Shown here: positions 1-9,912 of the stretch, piece after piece | Numbering within the stretch: the first letter of the stretch is position 1 | Layout of the letters: every line of letters starts with the position of its first letter | Assembly (NCBI GenBank): GCA_963674825.1 | Contig: OY771587.1 | Coordinates: forward strand, 3,360,001-3,424,000 | Origin: Candidatus Cloacimonadales bacterium | GTDB lineage: Bacteria; Cloacimonadota; Cloacimonadia; Cloacimonadales; JAIOQZ01 | Direction of reading: 5' to 3' | Length of the DNA: 64,000 nt | Notes under the pieces: generated by a model | Databases searched by the model: none | What the model was told of the DNA's origin: nothing | The model's input: the letters and a program-made list of their open reading frames with translations, nothing else | Program-made: the position numbers and the translations under genes

Positions 1-1
1 G

Positions 2-1333
2 ATGGTGGATGTTCTTCGCGAATGCGGGGATGATTTCCCGTTGATCGAGCAGATCGTATCTGCCTACGACAATGCCAGTATTGTATCTCGTAACCGGTTC
101 AATATCGACTTCGCCAACGATGATCTGGTGGTGACCTTCCATGGGATGATCGAGAATAAATCGAATGGTTACATCAGGCTTCTGGGGGATATGATCTCAA
201 TCCTTAAAGAGAAGATGGGCGTACCGGTGGATATCGAGTTCGCATGTGACGGAAAAGCGCTTTACCTTCTGCAATGCCGCTCCCAAAGCGCGGAGATTAC
301 CAGCACGCCATCCGCAATTCCCAAAGATGTGCCGCAAAAGGAAATCCTTTTCACTGCCAATCGTTTCATATCGAACGGTTTCGTTCCGGAGATCACACAT
401 TTGGTGTATGTCGATCCGCAAGCGTACAGCCAGTTGGAGACACTGGAGGAACACAAGGCTGTGGCGCGCGCGATTGGTAAGCTGAACGCGATCCTGCCGA
501 AACGGAAATTCATCCTCATGGGACCGGGAAGGTGGGGGAGTCGTGGGGATATCAAACTCGGCGTGAGTGTTACCTATGCCGATATCAGCAATACCGCGGT
601 TCTGATAGAAATCGCCAGGAAAAAAGGGCAATATACCCCGGATCTTTCTTTCGGGACACATTTTTTCCAGGATCTGGTGGAGTCCTCTATTCGCTATATA
701 CCGCTCTATCCTGATGAGGGAGAGAACATCCTGAACGAGTTTTTTCTGCAAAGTGCCGACAATATTCTACCGGAGTTGGTACCTGAACTGAGCGACCTGC
801 AAAAAATTATTCGGGTTGTCGATATCCCAGCTTCGACGCATGAAAAATATCTAAGAATACTCATGAACGCTGATCTGGACGAAGCGCTCGCGTATTTCAG
901 CCAGGACCATGAGGCAAGCAGTATTGTCTCCCGGGAATCGTCGATATCATCTTCGCAACCAGAGAATCACTGGTTATGGCGGTATCGGATGGCGGAGAAG
1001 ATTGCGCGGTTGGTCGATCGTGAACGTTTCGGCGTGAAAAACATGTATATATTTGGAAGCGTGAAGAACTCTAACTCCGGCCCTGCGAGCGATATCGATC
1101 TTCTGATCCACATCGAAGACGAACCGCAGAGCCGCCAGGCTCTCCTGCTATGGCTGGAGGGGTGGTCTCGATGCCTTTCCGAGATTAATTACCTAAGGAC
1201 TGGATATCACACCGACGGCTTGCTGGATGTGCATCTGATAACAGACGAAGATATTGAGAACAAATCCAGTTTCGCCACTCGGATCAATGCCATAACAGAC
1301 GCTGCACGGCCACTTACTCTTCCAGAACGATGA
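2..1333 (+). CDS. PEP/pyruvate-binding (PPDK_N-like) domain protein with C-terminal nucleotidyltransferase domain; 5'-truncated at window edge
   Basis: 'VDIEFA...LYLLQCR' end of ATP-grasp PPDK_N domain; 'GPGRWGS' and 'SFGTHFFQDLVE' motifs; C-terminal 'YIFGS...SDIDLLI' Pol-beta-type GS/DxD motif. Confidence 0.8.
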   Translation: MVDVLRECGDDFPLIEQIVSAYDNASIVSRNRFNIDFANDDLVVTFHGMIENKSNGYIRLLGDMISILKEKMGVPVDIEFACDGKALYLLQCRSQSAEITSTPSAIPKDVPQKEILFTANRFISNGFVPEITHLVYVDPQAYSQLETLEEHKAVARAIGKLNAILPKRKFILMGPGRWGSRGDIKLGVSVTYADISNTAVLIEIARKKGQYTPDLSFGTHFFQDLVESSIRYIPLYPDEGENILNEFFLQSADNILPELVPELSDLQKIIRVVDIPASTHEKYLRILMNADLDEALAYFSQDHEASSIVSRESSISSSQPENHWLWRYRMAEKIARLVDRERFGVKNMYIFGSVKNSNSGPASDIDLLIHIEDEPQSRQALLLWLEGWSRCLSEINYLRTGYHTDGLLDVHLITDEDIENKSSFATRINAITDAARPLTLPER

Positions 1334-1494
1334 GCGACCAGAAAAAGAAAACGCCTGAGCAGAGTTCTGCGGATAAACCGGCGGAAGTAGCGCCGAAGAA
1401 GCTCAAGGGCCTTTGCATCAACTGCGATTATCGCGACACCTGCACACTGCCCAAGCCAGAAACCGGAGTATGGTTTTGCGAGGAATATCGGTAA
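1330..1494 (+). CDS. small Cys-rich protein (54 aa), possible metal binder; not in ORF track
   Basis: Manual translation MSDQKKKTPEQSSADKPAEVAPKKLKGLCINCDYRDTCTLPKPETGVWFCEEYR; ATGA overlap with upstream stop. Confidence 0.7.
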   Translation: MSDQKKKTPEQSSADKPAEVAPKKLKGLCINCDYRDTCTLPKPETGVWFCEEYR

Positions 1495-1519
1495 GATCAT
1501 AAGATGATTTAAAGGTGAA

Positions 1520-3871
1520 TCACTTCATCATCATCACTTTGCGATACAACGTCTTACCGGAGTATCTCATACGGCAGATATAGACACCACTACTGACCGT
1601 CGATTGTCGATTGTTTCGTCCATCCCACACGATTTCATGCTCTCCAGCTTGATATGTGATGCCGCCTAAGTCGCGTATTTTCTGACCGCGCATATTGTAG
1701 ATTGCGATCTTGACGGTAGAGGTTGTTGGTATCGTGAAACGTATCGTCGTGCTGGGATTGAACGGATTCGGATAGTTGGTCAATCCTGATTCGTAGGGTG
1801 GGATATTCTGTTGAGTTGCCATATCTGGATCGTACTCGTAGCAACCCATGTCGATACGAGCAATACCATCCTGATCGCCGTCGACAAAGCGGTCATTGAG
1901 CAGCAAATCATATAGCGGAAGATACATTCCTGTTGTATCCGCTCTGCCGGCATCAATGCTGAGGTCACCTGCTGGAAGACGGTAGGGAAAAAGACTCTCT
2001 GGATTGTTTGTATTCCAGTCTGGTGGGGCATTGATATTGCCGTCTAGCCAGTTCAGTGTGCAAAGTTCAACATCCGGTACATATATGCTCGCTTCGCCTC
2101 CATTGATGTTGCAGTGATCAATATTGAGGACGTTCTCAAGCTGCGCACTAGCTCCGGATAGTAGTGTGATTTCATATTGTGTGAGGTCGTCGAATATGCA
2201 ATTAGCTGCATTTACTTCTTCCCACCCCACATCGAGTGTGGCAAACGAGGAATTGTTGTCAACAAATGTGCAATTATAGATATCTTCACCACCACTGCTT
2301 CGTAAAGTTACAACACTCTCAGTAGGCATCGTGTTATTATATATCAGATTGTTTCGAAACGTTAGGTGCGTCTCCATTCCTTCCCAACTTCCCATTGATA
2401 TTGCGAGGCTATGCCATTGAGATTGACATGAGCCGTTACCGAACGTGCAGTTCTCCACTAGAGCATCTCCACGCATGCTAACGTATAGATGGGCATACCC
2501 AAAATCGTATTCTCCTGAAGCAGTTGCGTGATTGTTGTAAAACATGCAATTGCGAATAACTGTGTTGCCGGACAGAAGGTAAGCTCCCGGCCTATCTTCC
2601 GCAATGTTGTCATGAATGCTTGAGTTTGTGAGTGTAAAATTATCTACGTTAGCGATATGTATAGCTCCTACGCCTTCACTGTTTGCGCCCGATGCATCAA
2701 TATCGTCTAACATCACTTGATTTGAGCGTGTTATACCAATTAGCTTATCGATATTTGTGCTGTTGTTAACTAATTTTAGCCCAGAAGCTTGAACTATCTG
2801 ATTACCAAATCCTGAACCAATAAATGGCATCCCCCGATCATTATATAGCGTAACAAAATCGGAACTTTCTCCATGTAAGATGCAATGATCCTTCAGCGAG
2901 ATCGGAAGAAGCAAATTTGTTTCTTCATAGCTATATTCTCCTGCAGCGACATACACAGTTTTGGGATTCAAGCTGTCCGATGCAATTTTCCGCATTGCCA
3001 AGGAAATGTTCTGGAGGGGATCTTCCGGTGATAGTCCGCTGTTGCTATCATCTCCATTTGGAGCAACGTACAGGTCATGATTGACTTCTTCCATCCAGCC
3101 GTGCAGAACATCGTGCGTCAGTTCTCCATCATCATTTAGCTGATGAAAGAAATGCGAAAAATATTGGGTTGGCGGATTAACGGTGAACGTATCTACTATA
3201 ACTTCGATATTGCTACCTGCATCAATTGCGTAAAGGTCGCAGTGAATACCGCCCGTATTATTGTATATATTGCAACGATTCTCAAGATCGAATGTCAAGT
3301 TTGAATCGTAAAGAACACATATTCCTCCTCCCACATATGCTTGGTTATTAATTATTGAGACTCCAGACAAGATAAGACCTGCCTGCACTACATATATCCC
3401 TCCTCCTGAATATGAAATGTTGTCGCGTATTATACAGTTATCAATTGTCGCATCAATGATGGGATTAATATTGTAATTGGTGCATATAAACACACCGCCT
3501 CCAGACATGCCATCACTGAAATCAATCCCACTCCCGTTTGTTATGGTGAATCCTTTTATTCTAGCATTCTGCTCATGATCATTGAGGACAAAGCAACTTC
3601 CCGTTTGATTACCATTCACGATCGTTGTACCAATGTAGCTCTCATCGCCGGTTGTGAGTTCAAGGCTGGCGATGGTGATACCGTGGCCATTGAAGTTGAC
3701 GTTTTCGTAGTAGGTTCCGGGCCAAACCAGCACGGTATCGCCATCTGCAGATGCATTCACGGCGGATTGGATGGTTGTCCAGTCACCGGTTCCGTCCTGC
3801 TTTACAGTGATGATGACTGCGGAGAGTGAGATCGCTGCTGTGACAAGGATCAGGGCTATCAGGTTTTTCAT
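1520..3871 (-). CDS. secreted right-handed beta-helix protein (DUF1565-like) with FlgD/T9SS-type C-terminal domain
   Basis: Signal peptide; 'TIQSAVN..DGDTVLVWPGTYYEN'; 'LYVAPNGDDSNSG'; GGG-I repeats; 'IDMGCYE'; C-terminal 'NYPNPFNPSTTI...SSGVY'. Confidence 0.8.
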   Translation of the reverse strand: MKNLIALILVTAAISLSAVIITVKQDGTGDWTTIQSAVNASADGDTVLVWPGTYYENVNFNGHGITIASLELTTGDESYIGTTIVNGNQTGSCFVLNDHEQNARIKGFTITNGSGIDFSDGMSGGGVFICTNYNINPIIDATIDNCIIRDNISYSGGGIYVVQAGLILSGVSIINNQAYVGGGICVLYDSNLTFDLENRCNIYNNTGGIHCDLYAIDAGSNIEVIVDTFTVNPPTQYFSHFFHQLNDDGELTHDVLHGWMEEVNHDLYVAPNGDDSNSGLSPEDPLQNISLAMRKIASDSLNPKTVYVAAGEYSYEETNLLLPISLKDHCILHGESSDFVTLYNDRGMPFIGSGFGNQIVQASGLKLVNNSTNIDKLIGITRSNQVMLDDIDASGANSEGVGAIHIANVDNFTLTNSSIHDNIAEDRPGAYLLSGNTVIRNCMFYNNHATASGEYDFGYAHLYVSMRGDALVENCTFGNGSCQSQWHSLAISMGSWEGMETHLTFRNNLIYNNTMPTESVVTLRSSGGEDIYNCTFVDNNSSFATLDVGWEEVNAANCIFDDLTQYEITLLSGASAQLENVLNIDHCNINGGEASIYVPDVELCTLNWLDGNINAPPDWNTNNPESLFPYRLPAGDLSIDAGRADTTGMYLPLYDLLLNDRFVDGDQDGIARIDMGCYEYDPDMATQQNIPPYESGLTNYPNPFNPSTTIRFTIPTTSTVKIAIYNMRGQKIRDLGGITYQAGEHEIVWDGRNNRQSTVSSGVYICRMRYSGKTLYRKVMMMK

Positions 3872-3890
3872 GGTTTCTCCGGGTTAGAGA

Positions 3891-3926
3891 CCCTCACCCT
3901 AACCCTCTCCCGCAAGCGGGAGAGGG
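3891..3926 (+). repeat. short palindromic repeat CCCTCACCCTAA-CCCTCTCCCGC-AA-GCGGGAGAGGG
   Basis: Perfect 11-bp stem at 3903-3926; related copy in opposite orientation at 45242-45296. Confidence 0.8.
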
Positions 3927-3958
3927 AATAAAAGGTGGGGTTATACTTTGCTTCATCC

Positions 3959-6217
3959 TTATTTTAAGAGCAACGCCTTATTGATGCGCGTCTCGCCATC
4001 AGTGCGGAGTCTGATAAAGTAGATTCCGCTGGCCGCGTCGGTCGCATCCCACACAATCTGATGTTTACCCGAAGGCATCGTGCTGTCAAGAAGTGTCTTG
4101 ACCTTCTGACCTCTGACATTGAACACCTCGATGGATGCTTTGCCGTCGGATGCCAGAGAAAACTCGATCGTTGTTGTCGGGTTGAATGGATTGGGGAAGC
4201 AATCAAGCGATGTCCGATACGGTTCGGTGATGTCATTGATCGCCAGAAGCGGTTCGAGATGAAAATAAACGGTGCAGTTCGCGCTCTGTTGCGCGCTATC
4301 GGTGGCTGTGATGCTCATCGGCGCATTCTGGGCTTCCTGTACATCATGCCATACGCTGAGTACACCGGTCGAATCGTCGAAGCTCCACTCAAGCTCCAGG
4401 CTGTTTGTTTGAAACGCGAATACGAGCTCTTCATCAGGCGTGAAATCATCCTGAACATGTTCCCAGAGCGAGAGCGTTACAATGCTATCGGCAGGGACAG
4501 TGACAACGAAGGGCATGCCTGTAAATGTCGGTGGGTCATCGGGATTGTTGTTGATCGTGATGACCATGCTCTCGGTTGTGGTATTTCCAACGCCATCTTC
4601 GGCCCAAACCTCGAGCGTGTAAAATCCATCGGGTAGCTGGGTTGTGTCGAATCGCTGGAGCGCATCGTTTTCGGTCATGGCAGTGTCGGCGTCTGCATGG
4701 CTGATAATGTAGTAGTAATTTCGGGACGTGTAATCGCCGATACTGAAGCAAGTGTTATCGCGACTGAAGATGGTGGCGAGACATTCAGCGTCATACGTGG
4801 CTTCTCCGTAGGTGTCGTTGGGATAATCCATCGTGAAGGCGAGCTGGTCGATGAGGATGCTATCCGGATTCTCAACTGCTGCGATTCTGTACCCGATACG
4901 GCTAATGGTGCAACGCCAGTTGCTGTTGATAATGTCATGCGCTTTAGCGATAATATCCACAGTTCCACTGAGTGCTTCGGGATTTGCGTAGTTATTGTTA
5001 CTGATGCGGAACGCGAAGAGTTCATTCTGCAGTGCATTTTCGAAAACAGGTGGATTGGTGTCGAAGTGCTCGTAGGTATCGCGCAACGGATCGTCAGTAG
5101 TCCACCACTGGCCGTCCCAAACGACTCCGCTATCCTGGATTCGAGCGTAATGGCAGTGATGAAAGTCGGACACGGGCCATTCGACAAGTGTTCCAATTAC
5201 GTCTCCTGCCTGAACAGCGTCACCTTCAGCGACAGTTATACTGTTCTGGTTGAGATGAGCATAAAGGTATCCTTCGCATTCATCATTTGTATTCTCGAGT
5301 GCTATCGCAACGCGCCAGTATAGGTCGCCACCTGTTGTCAGTACAGCTTTTACGATGCCATCTGCGACTGCGAAGACCTGCTCATTGGGTTGTCCGAGGA
5401 AATCGACACCGGGATGCAGATAAGGAGTTCCGCCATAATCTTGAATCTCGAGGTAGGTATTGCCGATAGGATGAGGATAATCTGCTTCACCGTAGTGCAG
5501 AGGTGATGGGATTGGCTGATGTGTTCGGTTATGACGAGAAGCCGGAGCCAGGCGTGTTTTTTCTATTGTTCCGTCGGTGACATTTATCAGCTTGAATTCT
5601 TGCCCTATTCTCTCACTCACATAAATTTTACCATCTTGCAGCGCGACATCGTGCAAGGATCCGTTCGTGCTGAATAGGGTCTGATTATCTTCCAGGTTAT
5701 AGAACCGAGTTTGTGTCTGTATAAGTATTGTGTCATTGTTGACGATCATTTTACGCACGATTCCATCGACACTGTAAACCTTCTCGCGATAACTGATTGT
5801 ATTACTATTGGAATCCCATAGGGCGAGATTTCCTTTTTGATCGATTGTGAACGCGTCAGCAGCGGGGAAGATGTGCATTTCTCCGGTATCGGTGTCGAGA
5901 GTTCGAACGGCATCACCCGTGGAGAAGACAAGCCAACGAAGATTCGGTGATAATATAGGATCAATCGTTTGCCTGAATTGCCATTCACCGAGTATGGTTT
6001 CATTGCTGTTAAAAAGTCGGAGTGTGACCGACTGGTGGTCGTGGTGCTCAATATCAATTGAATTGTTTAGGCAAGTATAGCGGTCGATGAAGCCGATGTG
6101 CTGGCAAGTGTCACCTGTATCGATATACCCACCAGAGGTTAATGATATGGCTGAAAGGGGTATGACTGTCATGTACAGTATTGAGATTGTGATAAGCAGT
6201 TTCCGAATCTTTTTCAT
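3959..6217 (-). CDS. secreted M23-family metallopeptidase-domain protein with FlgD/T9SS-type C-terminal domain
   Basis: 'HPGVDF' (HxxxD), 'YLYAHL', 'HCH' (HxH); C-terminal 'FPNPFNPTTTI...ASGIYF'; start moved to MKKIRK after GGGAGG RBS. Confidence 0.8.
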   Translation of the reverse strand: MKKIRKLLITISILYMTVIPLSAISLTSGGYIDTGDTCQHIGFIDRYTCLNNSIDIEHHDHQSVTLRLFNSNETILGEWQFRQTIDPILSPNLRWLVFSTGDAVRTLDTDTGEMHIFPAADAFTIDQKGNLALWDSNSNTISYREKVYSVDGIVRKMIVNNDTILIQTQTRFYNLEDNQTLFSTNGSLHDVALQDGKIYVSERIGQEFKLINVTDGTIEKTRLAPASRHNRTHQPIPSPLHYGEADYPHPIGNTYLEIQDYGGTPYLHPGVDFLGQPNEQVFAVADGIVKAVLTTGGDLYWRVAIALENTNDECEGYLYAHLNQNSITVAEGDAVQAGDVIGTLVEWPVSDFHHCHYARIQDSGVVWDGQWWTTDDPLRDTYEHFDTNPPVFENALQNELFAFRISNNNYANPEALSGTVDIIAKAHDIINSNWRCTISRIGYRIAAVENPDSILIDQLAFTMDYPNDTYGEATYDAECLATIFSRDNTCFSIGDYTSRNYYYIISHADADTAMTENDALQRFDTTQLPDGFYTLEVWAEDGVGNTTTESMVITINNNPDDPPTFTGMPFVVTVPADSIVTLSLWEHVQDDFTPDEELVFAFQTNSLELEWSFDDSTGVLSVWHDVQEAQNAPMSITATDSAQQSANCTVYFHLEPLLAINDITEPYRTSLDCFPNPFNPTTTIEFSLASDGKASIEVFNVRGQKVKTLLDSTMPSGKHQIVWDATDAASGIYFIRLRTDGETRINKALLLK

Positions 6218-6476
6218 ATTGTCCTCCCGAAGAATAATCGATAGATACATTGAAGATTTATGATTTTTTTATTCCGTAATGTCAAATAAAATCTTAAAAC
6301 CCCTGAATGGTGGCATAATAATAGAAGTGTGAAAAAGCATCAGCATGCGTCAGGCAGTTAAGAAGTATACGATGGCTTATTACTCATATGCTCGAATGGA
6401 GGTTCACAGACTCAGGAAACTGCTTGACTGATAACGTTGTGTCAGAAAATTGGGAAGCTGTAATGAAGGAGGAAAT

Positions 6477-7460
6477 ATGTCGAAATACATGACATTCTTA
6501 CTTATTTCAGTCTTCACGATCTTTGTATTAGCTGGTTGCCAGAAAAAGGACTCGAAACCTGCGGATGAGCTTCAGCCTGTTCGATACGGTGGACAATTCT
6601 ATCCAGGTGAGTTCCTGCTTGATGGATACGATTTCTTCAGCCCCCAGAACGTAACAGTACAACACAAGATTTTCAGCTCCGGTACGGAAAACAACGAAGC
6701 ACTCATCAGTGGTAACATTGATATTAACGTAGGTTCCGATTCCAAATCGGTTGCGCTTTTCAATGCAATGGGCGATAAAGCCCTCATTATCGGTACCGTA
6801 CAGCGTGGAAACCGCTACTCGACCATGATTCGCCCTGATGCGACCTATACCGATTGGGCCGATCTCAAGGGTAAGGTTGTTGGTACTCGTTTCGGATCAG
6901 GAGCGGAATTCGTACTGCGTAAGTACTTCGATTCACGTGACGATCTGTCTTGGGACGACTTCGAGTGGGTCAACATCAAGACGGAAGACATGATTGCCGC
7001 GCTTGTGAATAAGAAGATCGAAGCCTTTACCGTTTGGGCTCCGACCAGTGAAATCGCTGAAGCTCAGGGCAATGCGAAGCTGCTCCGCAATTTTGGTGAT
7101 GTCGCGCTTACTCCTGTGCTCATCCACACAACGAAAGATTATGCTGACAACAACCGCGAAGCGCTGGTTCGCTTCATGATGGGCCAGCTTGAAAAAGCGA
7201 AGATGATCAAAGACAACCCTGCTGAAGCTGCAAAATACGCAGCAACAGCTGCTCAGGAAAAGGGGATGGACGTTGCACCCGAGGCGTTTGAGCTTATCTT
7301 CCAGCGTATCAATTTCCAGATCGATTTCGGTCAGGAAATCATCGACGAGCTGAAAGAAACAGGTGCTTTCCTTCAATCTCAAGGAAAGATCGACGAGGTA
7401 CCGGAGTTTTACTGGGACGATTCGTTTGTACGCGAAGCGCAAACCCGTCTTGCTAAGTAA
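6477..7460 (+). CDS. ABC transporter substrate-binding lipoprotein, SsuA/TauA/NMT1 family
   Basis: Lipobox LAGC; 'ALISGNIDI', 'DLKGKVVG', 'IEAFTVWAP'; start at ATG after GGAGG. Confidence 0.88.
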   Translation: MSKYMTFLLISVFTIFVLAGCQKKDSKPADELQPVRYGGQFYPGEFLLDGYDFFSPQNVTVQHKIFSSGTENNEALISGNIDINVGSDSKSVALFNAMGDKALIIGTVQRGNRYSTMIRPDATYTDWADLKGKVVGTRFGSGAEFVLRKYFDSRDDLSWDDFEWVNIKTEDMIAALVNKKIEAFTVWAPTSEIAEAQGNAKLLRNFGDVALTPVLIHTTKDYADNNREALVRFMMGQLEKAKMIKDNPAEAAKYAATAAQEKGMDVAPEAFELIFQRINFQIDFGQEIIDELKETGAFLQSQGKIDEVPEFYWDDSFVREAQTRLAK

Positions 7461-7471
7461 TTCGGAAGAGA

Positions 7472-8233
7472 ATGGCCTGGTTTAAAAAGCTGTATCTCGA
7501 TCACATATTGATCCTTATCGCGATTCTTGGTCTGGCTCAGTTTATTCTGACCAGACCAGGAATTGCTTCGCCTATCTTCCCAACACCTCTCGTGATCCTG
7601 GAACGAATGATCCATTTCCCTAAAATCTGGGTTCACGCACTTTCATCCATCATTCGGCTTTTTGTCTCTGTAATCACGGGATTTATCCTGGGTGTATTGA
7701 TTGCCGTAGTCATTCGTGCATTCAAAAAGCTTTCTTTCTTTGAAGACGCAATTTCTTTCTTTATGTCGATTCCAGGAATCAGTTGGGCGCCGATCTTTAT
7801 CATTCTACTCGGATTTGGCGATCGAGTGATCCTTCTCGTTGCGGTTATTACCGCCATTTTTCCGGCAGCATATTATACATGGCACGGTTTGCTGGCACTT
7901 GATCTACATCAGAAGCAGCTTACTGATCTTATGGGTTATAATACTGTCCAACGATACATACAGTTTGTTTTCCCGGCGATGGCAAATTATCTAGTCATTG
8001 GTTTCAAGCTCAGCTTTGCCCGTACCTGGCGTACTATCATTGCTATCGAGATGATCTGTGCTACGACGAGTGGCCTGGGCTACATGGCGATGGATGCGCG
8101 CGAGCTTCTGAATATCCGTGATTTGTATTGTGGTATCCTTCTTTCGGGCCTTACTTTCCTGGTTATTGATAAAATTGTTTTCAGCACACTTGAACACTAC
8201 ACTGTTCGGCGCTGGGGAATGAAAGTTAAATGA
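7472..8233 (+). CDS. ABC transporter permease, NitT/TauT family
   Basis: Multiple TM helices; 'IPGISWAP', 'W..IIAIEM...SGLGY'. Confidence 0.88.
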   Translation: MAWFKKLYLDHILILIAILGLAQFILTRPGIASPIFPTPLVILERMIHFPKIWVHALSSIIRLFVSVITGFILGVLIAVVIRAFKKLSFFEDAISFFMSIPGISWAPIFIILLGFGDRVILLVAVITAIFPAAYYTWHGLLALDLHQKQLTDLMGYNTVQRYIQFVFPAMANYLVIGFKLSFARTWRTIIAIEMICATTSGLGYMAMDARELLNIRDLYCGILLSGLTFLVIDKIVFSTLEHYTVRRWGMKVK

Positions 8234-8928
8234 AAAAGATTGTTATCGTCCTCGTATTGATAGCCATAACAATCGGCTATGCTTATTATGAACAGATTGC
8301 AGCCGGACACATCTTTGCGCATCTATGGGCGAGCCTTTCACGAATTATAATTGGCTATGCGTTATCTGTAGCAGCAAGTTTTCTGACCGCTCTTGCGCTG
8401 AGCTTCCTTCCGGGCATTCAGAAATATGTTCGCGTTTATCTGAACTTCCTGATATCGATCCCGACAATTGCCTGGATTCCTCTGCTGCTGATTGTTACCG
8501 GTATCACGAACCGCACCATGATCATTGCGATTTTCCTTGGATCCTATTTTGCCATCGTGTTCAACCTCCTTGATGGCTTCAAGACGGTTGACAAGAATCT
8601 TGTGCTGCTTGGTCGAAACCTGGAATATAATCAGGCTCAAAGGCTAATTCGCATTATGGTTCCAGCGTCGCTTAATACGATTCTGGTCTCGCTTAAACTC
8701 GGTATATCGTACTCATGGCGTGCTCTTATTGGTGCTGAAATGCTGGGGGCGGCAACAAAGGGCTTAGGCTACCTGAGCTTTGCCAGCAGGCAGTTTTACG
8801 ATCTGAAGACTATGTTCACAGCTCTTGTGCTTATCGGTTTGATTGGCTACTTCCTGATCCAGCTATTGACTCACTTTATCGAAGAAAACACCATTAGAAA
8901 ATGGGGATTTAATGATCATACAATGTAA
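8230..8928 (+). CDS. ABC transporter permease, NitT/TauT family (second subunit)
   Basis: 'SLSRI', 'IPTIAWIP', 'SWRALIGAEM...GLGY'; ATGA overlap. Confidence 0.88.
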   Translation: MKKIVIVLVLIAITIGYAYYEQIAAGHIFAHLWASLSRIIIGYALSVAASFLTALALSFLPGIQKYVRVYLNFLISIPTIAWIPLLLIVTGITNRTMIIAIFLGSYFAIVFNLLDGFKTVDKNLVLLGRNLEYNQAQRLIRIMVPASLNTILVSLKLGISYSWRALIGAEMLGAATKGLGYLSFASRQFYDLKTMFTALVLIGLIGYFLIQLLTHFIEENTIRKWGFNDHTM

Positions 8929-9652
8929 ACAGGTAAATAAATTTTTTGGTGACCTGCACGTATTAAAAGGTATCGATCTGGAAATAAAGAAAGGCGAGTT
9001 CTTTGTGCTGCTCGGACCTTCGGGATGTGGTAAATCTACATTACTCTACATGATGGCAGGTTTTGATAAACCAACCTCTGGTTCGGTCGAAGTACTGGGG
9101 CAGTCGGATATCAAGCCAAGCAAAAAAGTCGGATTCGTATTTCAGGATTTTGCGTTGTTTCCGTGGAAAACGGTTCTGGGAAATGTCACGGCAGGATTGC
9201 TGGACAAGTCAAAAACTGAGCGACGGGACATCGCCATGCATTTCATCGAGAAGGTGGGGCTGACTGGCTTCGAGCACAGCTTTCCGCATACTTTAAGCGG
9301 TGGAATGAAGCAGCGCGTGAGCATCGCCCGTGCACTTGCCTACGAACCTGAAATCCTGCTGATGGATGAACCCTTTGGTGCGCTGGATGCCCAGACACGA
9401 AAGAAGATGCAGCAGGAACTTATCCGCATTCTACGCGAGATGAACAAGACCATCGTCTTCGTTACGCACAGCGTGCTGGAGGCAGTCTATCTTGCCGATC
9501 GCGTGGCGGTTCTCAGCAATCGTCCATCAAGTATAGTCTATCAGGTGAAGATCGAAATCGATGGCGAAAGGCATTATACAGATGAGAAGTACCTGCATTA
9601 CCGGGAGAACATCTTGCATTACCTCAATCAGTTTACTGGTGTAAAAGAATAA
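8912..9652 (+). CDS. ABC transporter ATP-binding protein, NitT/TauT family
   Basis: Walker A GPSGCGKS, LSGGMKQR, 'LLMDEPFGALDAQTR', 'FVTHS..EAVYLADR'. Confidence 0.93.
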   Translation: MIIQCKQVNKFFGDLHVLKGIDLEIKKGEFFVLLGPSGCGKSTLLYMMAGFDKPTSGSVEVLGQSDIKPSKKVGFVFQDFALFPWKTVLGNVTAGLLDKSKTERRDIAMHFIEKVGLTGFEHSFPHTLSGGMKQRVSIARALAYEPEILLMDEPFGALDAQTRKKMQQELIRILREMNKTIVFVTHSVLEAVYLADRVAVLSNRPSSIVYQVKIEIDGERHYTDEKYLHYRENILHYLNQFTGVKE

Positions 9653-9663
9653 AGGAGATACCC

Positions 9664-9897
9664 ATGGAACAAGAATTACTCCAATTCATCCTCGACACGT
9701 TTGTACCAATGGCAGATGAAGAAGTGACTACTACGACATCGCTATTTAAAGAGAAGGTTCTCGATTCGCTGAATCTGGTTTCGATCATCACGCATATTCA
9801 GTCTGAATATGGCATTGACATCCAGCCCTTTGAAGTTACGTTGGATAATTTCGACTCTGTCGATATGATTTGCCAATATATACGCAGCAAACAATAA
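9664..9897 (+). CDS. acyl carrier protein (DltC-like)
   Basis: 77 aa acidic; 'VLDSLNLV' phosphopantetheine-serine motif; 'DNFDSV'; AAGGAG RBS. Confidence 0.88.
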   Translation: MEQELLQFILDTFVPMADEEVTTTTSLFKEKVLDSLNLVSIITHIQSEYGIDIQPFEVTLDNFDSVDMICQYIRSKQ

Positions 9898-9912
9898 CAC
9901 ATCGGAAATCCT

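Noticed and set aside
6349..6428. 11-bp inverted repeat (GTCAGGCAGTT/AACTGCTTGAC) upstream of the ABC operon as a riboswitch
   Set aside because: No TPP, SAM or other aptamer consensus recognised; a single stem with a wobble pair could be chance.
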